From Malacoraja senta (Eukaryota), in NCBI GenBank assembly GCA_038087875.1, contig JAXLNO010002571.1, positions 62,001-126,000 of the forward strand: a stretch of DNA of 64,000 bases. Direction: 5' to 3'. The position numbers and the translations under genes were made by a program. Shown here in pieces: positions 13,237-26,095 of the stretch (within the stretch, counting starts at the first letter, position 1; every line of letters starts with the position of its first letter). The notes below the pieces were generated by a model. That model was not told where the DNA came from. It was given only the letters and a program-made list of their open reading frames with translations, and did no database searches.

Positions 13237-14557
13237 GTTTGAGATTATTTCTACTTCCCAACACAAACCAGAAAAATGTATAAACAGCATAATTTTGTCA
13301 TAGACTGTTTTAGTACAACAATCAGCATTATAATTAAATACTACAATTGCAAAAATATCAAAGCAAGAAATTGGCATTTTGTGTCCACTTCAAGTGCGGG
13401 ATAATCATTCAGCAATGGAAAATACTTTTATTGGAAATTTTAATTGATTTTCATTGGGTTTCAATGTGGTTCTGCAAAGCTTGTCTTGGGAGCCATATAT
13501 TGATGTTGGTGATGCTTTGAATCAGATTTATCCGCATGAAACTAGACTACAAAGGTTAAGTATGAGATCAGATGCATAGATTAGTCTTGGTTTCGCTTTC
13601 AACGTTTTAAGATTGATCCAGTTAAAATGTTTAAAAAGTTTGAAATGATCAAACAAGTTAATGCAGTACATGGAGATTAGTAACCCACTATTCAAATATT
13701 ATTGAAGCAAGGATACGGACTACTATGCTACGGCGAGTATATCGAGTTGAGAAACAGATCATTCAACTGCATGGTGTGCCTCAGTTGACAATACTCTTAC
13801 AGCGTCTTGCATTGAAGTCCAAAAACCTAAACAGAAAATCCAAGATTTGTGCAAATCGAATAAAGTGCAATATTAAATTAGATTGTACTGTTGAAGATGC
13901 CATCTTTTGGATCACGGATTAAACTGAAGTTCCATTTCCCCTTTCAAGTGGTAGTTTGTAGAAGAGGAGGAGAGGTCTCTCTGGTGTTCTGTTCAAGATT
14001 TATCTTTCATTCAGCATTTCTCCAACATGCTACTATTTGTTCTCATTGTCATTTTACCGATTGTTGCAGCTGGCTGTCTACATATTGTCTACAAAGTTTC
14101 CAATGTTACTAGGTTGCTACACTTCAAAACTACTCCATTTGAAAAATGCAAGTCTATTTATTTACCAATTGAGTTGTGTGGGCTGGATCCATAACTTAAG
14201 AAGGAACATGGATAGTATAGTATGCAGAAGCAAGATAACAATTTTAAAAAAAACTTAAATTAACCGTCTTAACTGGCAAACACTGTTGCTCCATGTTAAA
14301 TCTGAGGTTAAAACTCCTGTAGTAAAATCATAGTAAACCCCATAAATATGGCACCACATTCAAGATTGCAATCATTCTGGATTTATATTGCTGTATGAGT
14401 TACATGAATTTTAATCCTCTGGTATATGGCGTCTTCCACTTTCCAGTTTATAGGATTTGTAGTTGCTTTATTAGGAGGTCAAAATAAATGGAATAAATAT
14501 ATATATATTCATATCTGTCAGGCTATATTCCAACTATGTGCATGACAAGAAATACCT

Positions 14558-14687
14558 CTGAAGAAGGGTCTCGACCCGAAACGTCACCCATTCCTTCTCT
14601 CCAGAGATGCTGCCTGTCCCACTAAGTTACTCCAGCATGTTGTGTCTATCTTCGATTTAAACCAGCATCTGCAGTTCTTTCCTACAC
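14558..14687 (+). mobile_element. Short Penelope pLTR-derived element beginning with a minimal hammerhead ribozyme core
   Basis: ctgaagaagggtctcgacccgaaacgtc followed by the same tail as the PLE at 62575. Flanked by a 14-bp near-identical direct repeat (14545-14558 / 14686-14699). Confidence 0.85.
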
Positions 14688-17374
14688 AAGAGATACCTCG
14701 TAGCTTCTCTAACCTGCTCACTCAGATCTATTAACACTGATGATTCAATTCACAACTTTTCAATCCTTTTCTCTCTGGCCTTCGTCCAAGCATCTGCCAA
14801 TCAACCTTTGTCCTGTTCCTCCTCCCTTCCAGCTATCTTCTCTCCCCTGAAACTTCATCTCTCCATGTTCTCCATTGATTGTGTTTTGTTTTGTAAACCA
14901 ACATCTACAGTTTTTTGTTTCTAAGCCTGTTGAGATTTGGACTGAAGACACAAGAAACTGCAAATACTGGAATCTTGAGCAAAACACAAAGTTCTGGAGG
15001 AACTCAGCAGGTTAGACAGCATCTATGGAGAGAATGTACAGATTACATTTCCTGACCTGAAATGTCGTCTGTCCATTCCTTCCATAAATTATGCCCTCTG
15101 AGTTCCGCAAACACTTTGAGATATGGACTGATGAGCAACATGGAGTTAAAATAAAACTTTTTGTTTTTAAACCTAAATTTCTGTAAATTTTCACAGTAGT
15201 GGTAGTTTGTTACCACAGTCCATTCTTTCCATCTCACTGATCCAGTAAAGCATTTTGTATCTATCTCTGGTGTAAGCTGGCATCTGCAGTTCCTTCCAAT
15301 ACAAAACAGTGAGAATTTCTCCTGGATAATGTAAATTAATTTGTTGAATTTTACCATGGCAATGGCTTAAAAGTCAAAGCTTTCTGTCAGTTTTGTAGTC
15401 TAATTTACAGAAGCACTGTACTCATCCAAATATGTATGTCGTGAGACATACAAGAAGACAGCAAGAATCTTCTGATTTGGAATAGTCTTTGACACTTCTC
15501 CCGGAAATCAATCCTTGTTTCAATGCTCATCCATGAAGAGGTTTTTGAAGTTTGAATATCATATGTTTTAGTCTGAATAACACAGTAGTGCTAAGGTGAA
15601 ACACGTAACATTCAATGCATCGTGTTATTCTATTCATACAAGCTACCTTGCTAACGTGGAAACAAAGAACTGCAGATGTTAGTTAATACACAAAATGACA
15701 TAAAGTGCTTGAGTAACTCAACAGGTCAGGTAGCATCCTTGGAGAACATGGATATTGTTGATATCCTTCTTCAGATGATGAAGGGTCAATACCCTCTGAA
15801 AAAGGGTCTCGACAACGTCATCTATCCGTGTTCTCCAGGGATCTGTGTTCTCCAGGTCATTCTTTTGCTAATATGGAACACTGAAATCTCCATGCTGTGA
15901 ATAGACTGCCTCAGAATCTAGTCATAGGTCAACCAAGTGATCATGGTTCTGATAGTGAATGTGGATAGACTAGTGGGGAAAAGATGGCATGAAGCCAAGT
16001 CAATACATTTTTGCCCAATATCAACTCTCCAACTAAAGCCAACTTTTGGAATTAGGAGCTCTGGCTGATTTTATTTTATTTGTGTATCTGTAGTATCAAT
16101 GGTGTTTCCATCTGTGCCTCATTCCTTTGCTGAAATAAGCTACTTCAGCTCTGACGGGAATTTAAAGCCACAATCATTTGGGTCAGTCAGTCAGATCAAA
16201 ATCAGGATAAAGCATTTTAAATCCCAAGTCAGCAAGTTGTTGGCTTTCCTCAATAACATTTCCAAAGTATTATAAGGAGCACTGAGGCAATCATTTTTTA
16301 TGAATCCTAAATTTATAATAAACAAAAGATTTTTTTGCATGATCAAAGAGATTAAAATGTAAATAATCTGAAGTTTTGGAATGGTATGATCAAATAGAAT
16401 TGTGCAGCAAATTAATAATAAACGAATCTAGCTTGAGACAGGCACTCTGATTTCTTGAAAAGTAGCATAAAAAGTGGTTTTGATTATTATTAGATTTCCG
16501 GGTCAAAAACTCATTGAACATAAACATGTATTGTTTGAATGATGTATTTTGTAGTAGATAACTTCGATTCTGCTAAAAATTAACTGTAATTAGTATATCT
16601 TCATATGCACAGCAATATTTAGCAACTGCAGTGATATAGCCCTCAGGACATTTATTTCAAGTTATTGGCTATTGTAACTCTAAATAAATGTGTAAATGCT
16701 ATTGATTATATTTTGATTACAATAAGGAAATAATCATCCACAACCTTGGCAGAAGTTGGAATTGCTATGAATGGAAAATTCCTTCAGAGATTCGTCTTGT
16801 TGCCAAGCGTTGTAGAAGAACCCTAACAACTAAACTTTACATTGATTAACCAGAATTCAATGTTTTTGTCAATGTTTAACAAGACTTGTATTATGAGAGG
16901 TTATCCTTTTTGGGCTTTAAAAATATTCTTGACCTGTATTTTGCATTGGTCAGAAGCCTAGAGAATTACTGCAATATTTCAGGTTTTAATGAGAGACATC
17001 TGCAGCCTTAAGTCATTGAGGGTGATTTTAACCCTTCAGTGACAATTGGAACGTGGAAAAGGAGTTTATAATAGAGGGGGGGGACTTGTTTTAATGGCTC
17101 TTTCCCAAATAGCAATTTAAAACAAATTAAATAAGCTTCAATCTTTATCTCCTAAATGTTGATATTTGATTAGATTAAACTCCCAGGGTGGAGATTAAAC
17201 TGTACACATTTTTAGGGCTAAAGTGTAGCTCTGTGGAGATGGAAGGAAACCTGAGGTTGTTCCTCAGATCAGGTTTGCGCACACATACCACAAATGGCTT
17301 CAAATGCCACAAAAGCTCTGTGAACAGAACGCTATATTTTGTGAAGGGCTGGATAGTCTGAATGCTTGTGATGT

Positions 17375-17870
17375 CTTCTAAAGCAAACATTGTGAAGTAT
17401 TAGTGAAAGCATTGAATATAAGACCAGGTAGGTTTTGGTACAACAATGTAAATCTTTTGTTCAACCATAGCTGGGGAATGGTGTGCAGTTCTATTTGTTT
17501 TATAAGAGGAAGGGTGTGATTTCACTGGAGAAAATACCGAGGAGACCTTCCAGGATGTTGCCTGGGATGGAGCTTTTCAGTTAAGAAGAGAGACTTGATA
17601 GCTTGGATAGACACAACATGTTGGAGTAACTCAACGGACAGGTAGCATCTCTGGAGAGAAGGAATGGGTGATGTTTTGGGTCAAGACCCTTCTGTGTTTT
17701 CTTTGGAATGTAGAAGGCTGATTAAGTATACAGAGTTGTGAGGAAAGATAAGGGACATAGTAAGAAACATTTTCCATTTGCAGTGACACCTATAACCTGA
17801 CTGCATTGATTTATGATAAAGGCTAAGAGATTTAAAGGAAAATGTATCTAAAGGGTGGTTTGTATCATTT
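17375..17870 (+). mobile_element. Degenerate CR1 fragment interrupted by a minus-strand Penelope pLTR piece (~17606-17693)
   Basis: CR1-like text (gtgtgcagttct..., caggatgttgcctggga) surrounds acacaacatgttggagtaactcaacggacaggtagcatctctggagagaaggaatgggtgatgttttgggtcaagaccct. Confidence 0.6.
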
Positions 17871-19072
17871 AGTCGGAGCAACTTTCAAATCCCATATCTA
17901 TCTAGTGAGGAGATATTGTGTACAGAAATACGACTGCAAACAGGTCTCAGCATAATTAACATTTTTGTTTTTCTTAAGCAGTTTGTTCCCTTTTTCTGTT
18001 CCTGAAAATGGATACGGTGTTAATTTTGTAGTCAATATTAAAGGACTGATTATATCTCAATTAGCTTACAGCAAGTAGGATTTATCCTCCCTGTTGTGGA
18101 ATAAGCTGAAACACAAATCACTTTATACTTAATAAGGGAAAGTGGTATTGCCAAAGCTGCAATAAACTGAAATCAGATCAGGCAAAAATAGAGATTGGGT
18201 GCATTTTAACCATCTAATCAGATAATTGGTCACCTAAATTGCATTGCAAGAACTGAGATTGATCCAATGTCAATGCTTCATTTCTTTTCCTGAAGATTTT
18301 GTCAGGTTGGAGGAGGGATTCATTGTATGGGTTCAAAGGATCTCTGGTACCTCACCTAATGCTTGGTGTCAACCAGACATAGATAGTGGTGGATTGGGGG
18401 CACCAAAATAAATCCAACCAGAGGCATTTTCCATCACCAGTCAGATAAAGTGATTAAAGTTGATGACCCAGGCTCCTCATAGAACAGAAGATACCAAGGG
18501 CAATTGCAATTTAGCAAATTCTAACTTTCCTAACTTAGTTCCATACCATTTAATACATTTTATAGCTGAATATCACAAAGCTAAATTGAGCTTGTCCTTT
18601 GTATGAATTATATAATCTTGTATTGCATTAATTTGAAACTTGGCACTCTTTTTTTCTGAGCTTAATTATTCCAGATAAATAGAAATTTATTTCCGCTAGA
18701 GCTTCTGGACTTTTGCTCAGAGAGATTATGCACCTTTATGCTGCATGTGTGTGGGATTGCAAATGGCCACCAGATTTTTATAAATAATTTTAACATCTAG
18801 AATTAGGTATCTTTGTGAGGTGCAAAACTAGTGAGGTGCAAAACATCTGTTTTGATAAAACCAATTTGATTTTACTTTCTCTCTCCCTCTCAAGTCTTGG
18901 GAGTTTCAATAGACACATGCAGGGGCGAGGGGGGCTCCTCGAACAAGATAGGCTCACCATTTTAATATTGTCATGAGATTGCAAAGCTCAAATGTCATCT
19001 CCCTTCCAGATTTAACTATGGCAGCGCACTTTCCCCAGACCTTGGGTAACCCCATGGATGAACCTGATGACC

Positions 19073-19241
19073 ACACCTGGAGTATTGTGTGTAGTTTTGG
19101 TCCCCTAATTTGAGGAAGGACATTCTTGCTATTGAGGGAGTGCAGCGTACTGATTGGGGATGATCAGCCATGATCACATTGAATGGTGGTGCTGGCTCGA
19201 AGGGCCGAATGGCCTACTCCTGCACCTATAGTCTATTGTCT
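19073..19241 (+). mobile_element. CR1 3' fragment, internally deleted
   Basis: cacacctggagtattgtgtgtagttttggtcccc... fused to the CR1 3' end gatcagccatgatcacattgaatggtggtgctggctcgaagggccgaatggcctactcctgc. Confidence 0.75.
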
Positions 19242-19606
19242 GCTTTGTGCGAAAGCTAAGTTCCTTTTCAGGAAATTGGATATTTAAGATCTGATTTTCA
19301 TTGGATTCTCATCTTTTCATTGTCTGCATAAAACAGAATGAGATATCTTCCCTACAATATGACAATGTGATTTATTGACAATAGTACCATGGCAAGTTCT
19401 CTCAAGCGAGAAAATGAAATAATGACTGGGCAATATGTTTAGGTATTGCTTAATGAGGGATGAATGTTAGCCATGACAAACTTTTACGGCTTAGATTTCA
19501 GCAAGTGACCGTTTTTTAAAAATTACTAATTGCGTCCTCTTGAGATTAGTAAATAAAGAGTGATAAATCTAAACTCTTTAATGAAACACAACATTTATAT
19601 TGAGGG

Positions 19607-19763
19607 TGAGCAGCACCTCTGGAGAGAAGGAATGGGGATGTTTCGCCCATTCAGAAATGTCACCCATTCCTTCGCTCCAGAGATGCTGCCTGTCCCGCTG
19701 AGTTCCTCCAGCATTTTGTGTCTATCTTCAGTATAAACCAGCATCTGCAGTTCTTTCCTACAC
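19607..19763 (+). mobile_element. Short Penelope pLTR-derived element with an inverted 5' segment
   Basis: cagcacctctggagagaaggaatgggg is inverted against cacccattccttcgctccagagatgctg. Flanked by a 16-bp direct repeat (19591-19606 / 19762-19777, one mismatch). Confidence 0.8.
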
Positions 19764-20374
19764 ATTTATATTAAGGGAATGCGTCTTGAGAAGGTGAAAC
19801 TTTAGATATGAATAACAAATGAGGAGAGGAGTAAGTGGCAGCAAGTGCAGGGGAAGCATCTTTTACAAATTTAGGTCAAATGTTAAGAGTTAATATTGCA
19901 ATCATGAAGGATAAGTATAATTCTTTGTTTATTACAATTTTTGTTAGTGTTAATGTTCTAAGCTCCAAATGAATTAAAATTTTAGAATCTTTGAAAGCAA
20001 TGATTTAGATTTTTAGGATAACTGTTATTGGCTGAAGTTCTAACACTGTCAGGTTGGGTTGCAGGTGCAAAAATGTAGTAACGAAGTGTAGCCTCAGATA
20101 AGTTTTCACATTTGTTTGAGCAGTATGGACGTCAGAATTGTGAATTGGCTATTTGTTTATTCAATATTCCATTTCTGCTACTTCTGCTCATGGCAAATCC
20201 AATTCCTTTGAATAACATGTTGCACATAACAAAAAATCGAAGTACATTGTGCTGAGTGAGTTTATGGCATTGGTGGAAGTAGCAGGGATGATGCAGACAA
20301 CCTCAGCATGCACAACTCACTTGCAAAAATGACCATCTGTGTGCGCATGTGCGCATACAAATGCATAGACAAAT

Positions 20375-20860
20375 TTTGGTTAAGAGCTATCAGAATTGGT
20401 GTGGTTGAACCTTTCATCAGCCTGTCATATGTACAAACATGGGGTAGAGTTTCGGATCAACAAACTCATCGGAAGGCTGGCTCCATCCTGGTGGCGGAAT
20501 TGGATTTATGGGAGGTGGTCTTGGAGGGGAGGATGCTCCTCAAACTGCAGAGCATTCTGGACAATACACCTCCTCCATGACTCACTGGTCAACCTGAGGA
20601 GTATCTTCAGCAACAGACTGGTTCCATCAAGATGCAGGACAGAACAGGAGATCCTTCTTCCCTGTGGCTATGAAACTTTACAAACCCTCCCCCTTCTGTC
20701 GTGGGGTAGACTGAGACTGACTCCCCCCCACCCCAATCTTTGCACATCCCCCAAGCCTTTCCACTTGTCACTTTAGTTTCATGTATTTTATGTTTTTTAT
20801 GACTGTTGGCAGATCAATTTCCCTCCTGGGATAAATAAAGTTCTATTGTATCGTGTCGTA
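20375..20860 (+). mobile_element. Rex1/Babar-like LINE 3' fragment
   Basis: Frameshifted remnants RINKLIGRLAPS, KLQSILDNT and LHDSLVNLRSIFSNRLVPSRCRTE. Tail ggataaataaagttctattgtatcgtgtcgta. Confidence 0.7.
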
Positions 20861-21062
20861 GGCTTACAAAATAGCAACCAGTCCTGTGAATCAGTCACCA
20901 TCTGTGCCTTCAGAAGCTGGTTTGGGCTTTATAGAACGAAGGTGCCGTCGTATTTATTTTCATTTTTATTCTTAAAAACGAAAATACATTTATTCTGCAA
21001 AATACATATAATGGAAAAGAACACAAATGTCACTGCTATTTGCATTCTGTTGACTCCTGCAG

Positions 21063-21218
21063 GTTGATATCTTCAATGGACAGTCCTTACGTCTCCGCAG
21101 CATCGGTGTCTATTGGACGAAACCAGCATAGCCGCAATTCTCCCAGCAATCTGTCTTCTTCCAGTGATGCAGGATCCGGTGGTGGCAGTCATCGAAGGCA
21201 GAAGTCCATCCCTGATGG
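21063..21218 (+). CDS. SIPA1L1: SIPA1L1 internal exon (LISSMDSPYV...[29 protein letters not shown])
   Basis: Matches recalled [28 protein letters not shown]. Acceptor ctcctgcag|, donor GG|gtatgt. 156 nt, phase 2 to 2. Confidence 0.93.
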
Positions 21219-22829
21219 GTATGTCTAACTGCAGTTAAAGCCATTTGGTTAGCAGCCAAAGAGCACGTTAAAGAGCTGTGTTCAGCTTGTACAAATTGAA
21301 CGGTCTGTGCCCTGCTGAGCAAACTAACTGAGGGACTGATGTGATCAATATCTGTTGATAGGTACTCATGTCCTGTTAATTGTTGGCCCCGACATTAGAA
21401 TGAAATAAAGTAGAAATAATCCGTGTGCTGCTTGCACCTGATACTAGCAACGCGTTTACATGCTGGAGGATTCCTGAGAAGTGATCCTCACAGGCTGTTG
21501 TAACACAGCAGACAGCTAGCTCTACATCCTCTTGCTGTTAGTGTATTCTTTTATCCCTGGAATTTATCTATGTATCATTTAATAAAACAATTATCAATAC
21601 ATTCCTTACAAAAATTCTGCTTTCAGCTGGCCTGGCATCCAAGATCTGGTGTGCCTTTGGTGACATTTTTTTTACATTTTCCCGTGTTCTTTGTTTTCTC
21701 TCATATCTGACACATCAATTATTTTGCTTGCACTCTTTCATTTTTGTTTTCACATATTACCAATCCCTTTCCATGTTTTCCAAAATCCCTTTCTTCTCTC
21801 TTTTGTCCTTTATCCTAATGTTTTTACAGTTCCTTCCCATGTTTGCTGTACTTGAACATTACTTCTGTGCACATACACCACGCTCCAACCCTCTTTTTTC
21901 CCTTATGCTCAATCTCAGTTCTTCGTTCTCTTTAGCATTCTTTGTCTATCCTCATCCCTCCTCTCTCTGTTCCCTACACTCGACCATCCTTGTGTCCTTC
22001 CTCTGACGCACCTCTTATCAAGCACAGTACAAGTAGTCCCTTCTGTAAGCACAATGTTCTCATAACCTGTGTTCTCAGGTCACAACATTAAACATTTACT
22101 TTTAAACAAAAGTTATCATCAAAATAGGCCAGTGAGGAAAAAGGCAACCAAAATACTAATTGAAGCCATAGTACCATATCATTAACTAGCAATACGATTG
22201 GAATAATGTTAATACTTCAGTTGATTATTGAAAGCTATTCAATTAGTCCTTTGAGACTGCCAAGCATATTTTCAGATGATTTGGAAATTAAGTGCCAGTG
22301 TAAATGATAGTTAAGAATTCATGCATTTAGTTCACATTGTAGTCGTAGAGGGATTTTAGTTACAGTACATGCATTTGTCTATCATGTTTGGCCAACTTTT
22401 TGAAGAAATTGCAAACTGGAAAAAGGTGCCATGAAGTTGTCTTTGTGTGTTGGAACCCAATGACAATGGAGTTTGAGCCTTTTTCTTAAGGAAAGGATTT
22501 GAAATGCATATTTTTCACGTTGTCGGTCTTTCCTGAAGTTGCTCTTGGGATTCCTGGAATGTTTCCTCCTAGCAATCCCAGACTTATTCTGAACATTTCT
22601 ATCAGAGAGAGTTCACCTGATTCACCTGATTCTCATAAAAGCACTTATGGCCATCTTGTCCGCTATCCTTATCAGTTTGTCTACTGAATTACCTTTGGTC
22701 ATCCCTTCTGTATGAGGGACAGATGGAGAAGAGAAGCCCAAGAAAAATTTATGCTTCTAGCGGGGAAAAACAAAGAATACAGCATGCTGACCTTCTGCAC
22801 TGGTCAAGCCCTCTGCACATTCAGGCATG

Positions 22830-23870
22830 TATGTAGATACAAGGAGTTGCACATGCTGGTTTACTCTGACAATGGAGGAGGCTCAGGACAAAAAGGCCAG
22901 TATGGGAATGGAAAGGCAAGTATAATGGTTAGCAAACTGGAATCCAGCAGGTGTTGGCAGACTGAGCATGTGTTTGGCGAAACGGTTACCTAGTTTCTGC
23001 TTATTCTCGCAGATGTAAAGGAGGTCACATGGGAACTGCATGCAGTAGATGAGATTAGAGGATGTGCACGTGAACATCTGTCTCACCTTGAAGGTCAGCT
23101 GGGATCTCTGGATGAAAGTGAGGGAGGAGGCATAGGGATGGATGTTACCTCTCCTGTGGTTGCCCTTGATGTGGCCTCCTTTTCATCATTAAGACCAAGG
23201 GTAGATTAGGTGACCATTTCACCGAACACCTGTGCTCAGTCTGCCATGGCCTACTGGATCTCCTGATTGTTAACCATTTTAACTCCCTTCCCATTCCCAT
23301 ACTGGCCTTTATGTTCTGGATCACTTCAATTGCCAGAGTGAGATCACACAAAGTAGAGGAAAAAAACTCATATTCTGCTCTGGTACCTTACAACCTGAAC
23401 ATTGAATTCCCCAATTTTAGGTAACTAACCCACCAACAACCCCTACTTTTATCCTCTCCTTCTCTTCCCATCGTTTCCCCCCCTCTCTTCCCTGTGACCC
23501 ACCTAGATACACACCTGTTTCACCTTTTCCCTTTCCTCCCCCTACCCCGTCCCCTTCGAGCTATTTTTGTTCCTCTGGCTTCACATTTTGTGCATCTTCT
23601 GTCTTTATCCCCTTGTCTTACACTGTTTGTATTTTCATCTCTGGCCTTTGTCCATCTATCTACCATTTAAGAATCTCCCTCAACTTGTGTCCACCTATCA
23701 CTTGCCAGGCTTTGTCTGTCCCCCCTCCCACCACCTCTCTTCAAGCTTTCTCCCCTACCAATACAGACAGTCTGAAGAAGGTTCCCAACCCAAAATATCA
23801 TCACCTATCCATGTTCTCCAGAGATGCTGTCTGACCTGCTGGGTTACTCTAGCACTTTGTGTCTTTTTTA
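22830..23870. mobile_element. Penelope-like element relic with two inverted GIY-YIG endonuclease segments
   Basis: The minus strand gives FTCTSSNLIYC...LLYICENKQKLGNRFAKH. From ~23160 the plus strand gives CGLLFIIKTKGRLGDHFTEHL, then a pLTR with a degenerate hammerhead at 23772. Confidence 0.8.
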
Positions 23871-24859
23871 AAAAGATGCTTATGTGTCTAGTGTTAGGAT
23901 ACAAATTAGAATCCAACATGTGACAAACAGATGGGGTATACTGTGCATCATATTGTATGCAATTCCCATGCAATTCAGAAGCCATGCGTAATGGGGAAAG
24001 AAGAAAAATGAATTAAAAACCTAGGCAAGTCAAACCAGGAATAAGGACAAGAAATGATCGAGATGGCCAACTGGTGAAGCTCATTGGGCACTTAATATTT
24101 GTAGCACTATGCTACAAAAGAACAATTTCCAACATCTCATCAGATCAAACCTCTGCAATCATGCCACATGATGCAATGATGGAGGAACATTTGAGTAAAC
24201 AGGGAGGAGGAGTCTGTGAATATTTCCATCCTCAATGACAGCAGAGCCTTATGTGTAAGAGGCAACCTTCGTAGCCTAGTGGATGATCAGTCAAGACATC
24301 TCCTGAATGTCTCATCATTACAGAGAGTAGTCTACATCTAATTCATATCAACTCTTCCGGAGAGGCTCAGTACGCTGTTGGCCCCGATATGACCTTGAAT
24401 GCAGGGCCGAATACGTGCTTTGAAACAAGACAGGCCTCAGGCCAAGCTGCTGCAGTGCAACATAACATCAACATCTCCCTGACAAAGTGGAAAATCATCT
24501 TGCTATAACAAAACAGGACAAATCTAATCCAGCCGATTAACACTTGCTTTGAAGCAAAGTCAGAGTAGTCATATCAACTCCTGCTTTATTGTCAGCAAAC
24601 TGCAAACAGTTTGGTTCTACTTGTAGTGTTATGCTTCAGATATCATTGCAGTCTTGATTCAAGCTTAAACAAAAGATCTGAATTCAAGACCACAATCCAG
24701 TACTGTCACCTCAATGACAATTAGAGATTGGCTCTAAATGCTGGGTGACCCATCAGTGACCGCCTCATCTGAATAGATACTAATTCCTCTTGTGAGTTGA
24801 GATTAATTTATGTCAATAGAATCACAATGACTCTGATCAACATTGCCAGGTTGATCTCA

Positions 24860-26095
24860 TTGGACAAGTGGTCTCCATCGCAATTCAACCTTTATTAATA
24901 ACTTAGATAAATATTAAGGTGTATTTATCCACAATTATTGAGGGTAGATAGGTAGGTGAGAAACAAAATTGCGAAGAGGACGTCAACTGCAAATTGATAC
25001 AGAAAAGTTAACCAAGTGGAAAAAGATTTGACAGATAGAATGTGATAAGGGGAAATGTGAGTTGTTCCAATTAGTGGGAAGAAGTTTGTTTAAATGAGGA
25101 GAGTTTGTGGAATTCTGCTTTGTGGAGGGATGTGAGTATCCTAGTACATGAAACATAGTTAGCAAGCCAGTGCAGTAAATAATTCAGAGAGTAAAAGAGA
25201 TGCTGGATAAAAGAAGGAAATTATTGCTACAACTACAGCTGCTCCCCGACTTGCACACGGCTTACATATGTGGATCCTTGTGTAAGTCGGATGTTACGGA
25301 AGTCGGAAACAGAAGTGCTGCTGCGCACGTGTAAAATTGCTGTTCGTACTGTGTAGTACCAGTGGGAGACCATGTTGGAGTTCCGACATGGAGACCACGT
25401 GGGAGCTCTGACACAGAGACCATGTGGGAGTAACCAGGGGAACAGCTGACTGGCTTGTGGAAACAGCTGCATGTGCAGAAGCACACTGTGACCAAGTCTG
25501 CTGAGACGCGCAACTCAGTAAGTTGGCTAAAAGAATTGTTTACATAAGTGCGAGTTTATGCAAGTCATCTATTCGTACGGCAGGGAATACCTGAATACAG
25601 GATTTTGGGAAATCCACACCCGAGTACTGAGCACAGTTTGGTGACATTAATTAAGAATGATGTACCTCTGCTGGAAGCAGCTCAAAGGCAGATCGCAAGC
25701 TTGATTCCTGGAACAAAGGGAATGGTAGAGGTGGAGAGTTTGATCAGGTTGTGCCTGTGTTTACTCAAGTTTCAAAAAATGTAAAGTGTTCTGATGTGTT
25801 TTTTCCTCTCAGAAATCTAGAACTAGGGTGCATAGTTTCACAGTGGGGGTCACCCCCCAGGGACTGTAATGAGGAGGAATATCTTCTTTAAGTTTGTTGG
25901 TCTTTGGAATCTACTATCTCTAGAGATCCATGGAAGCTCATTCTTTGAATATATATCCAAGGCTGATATTTTTTGAATCTGTTTTATTGAGTATAGGCAG
26001 GGACATGGAATTGAGGCTGAATGCAAACATGATCTTATTGAATGACCAACCAGGCACAAGAGGCCATATCACCTACTTTTGCTCCCATTTCTATA
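24860..26095 (+). mobile_element. Old CR1 LINE 3' fragment containing a nested Tigger-like MITE
   Basis: Degenerate CR1 RT-end and 3' text on both sides of the 25236-25593 insertion. Confidence 0.65.
25236..25593. mobile_element. Tigger/pogo-like MITE
   Basis: ta|cagctgctccccgacttgcac at the left and gtacggcagggaatacctg at the right resemble CAGGTAxTCCCCGACTTAC-type TIRs. Confidence 0.6.
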
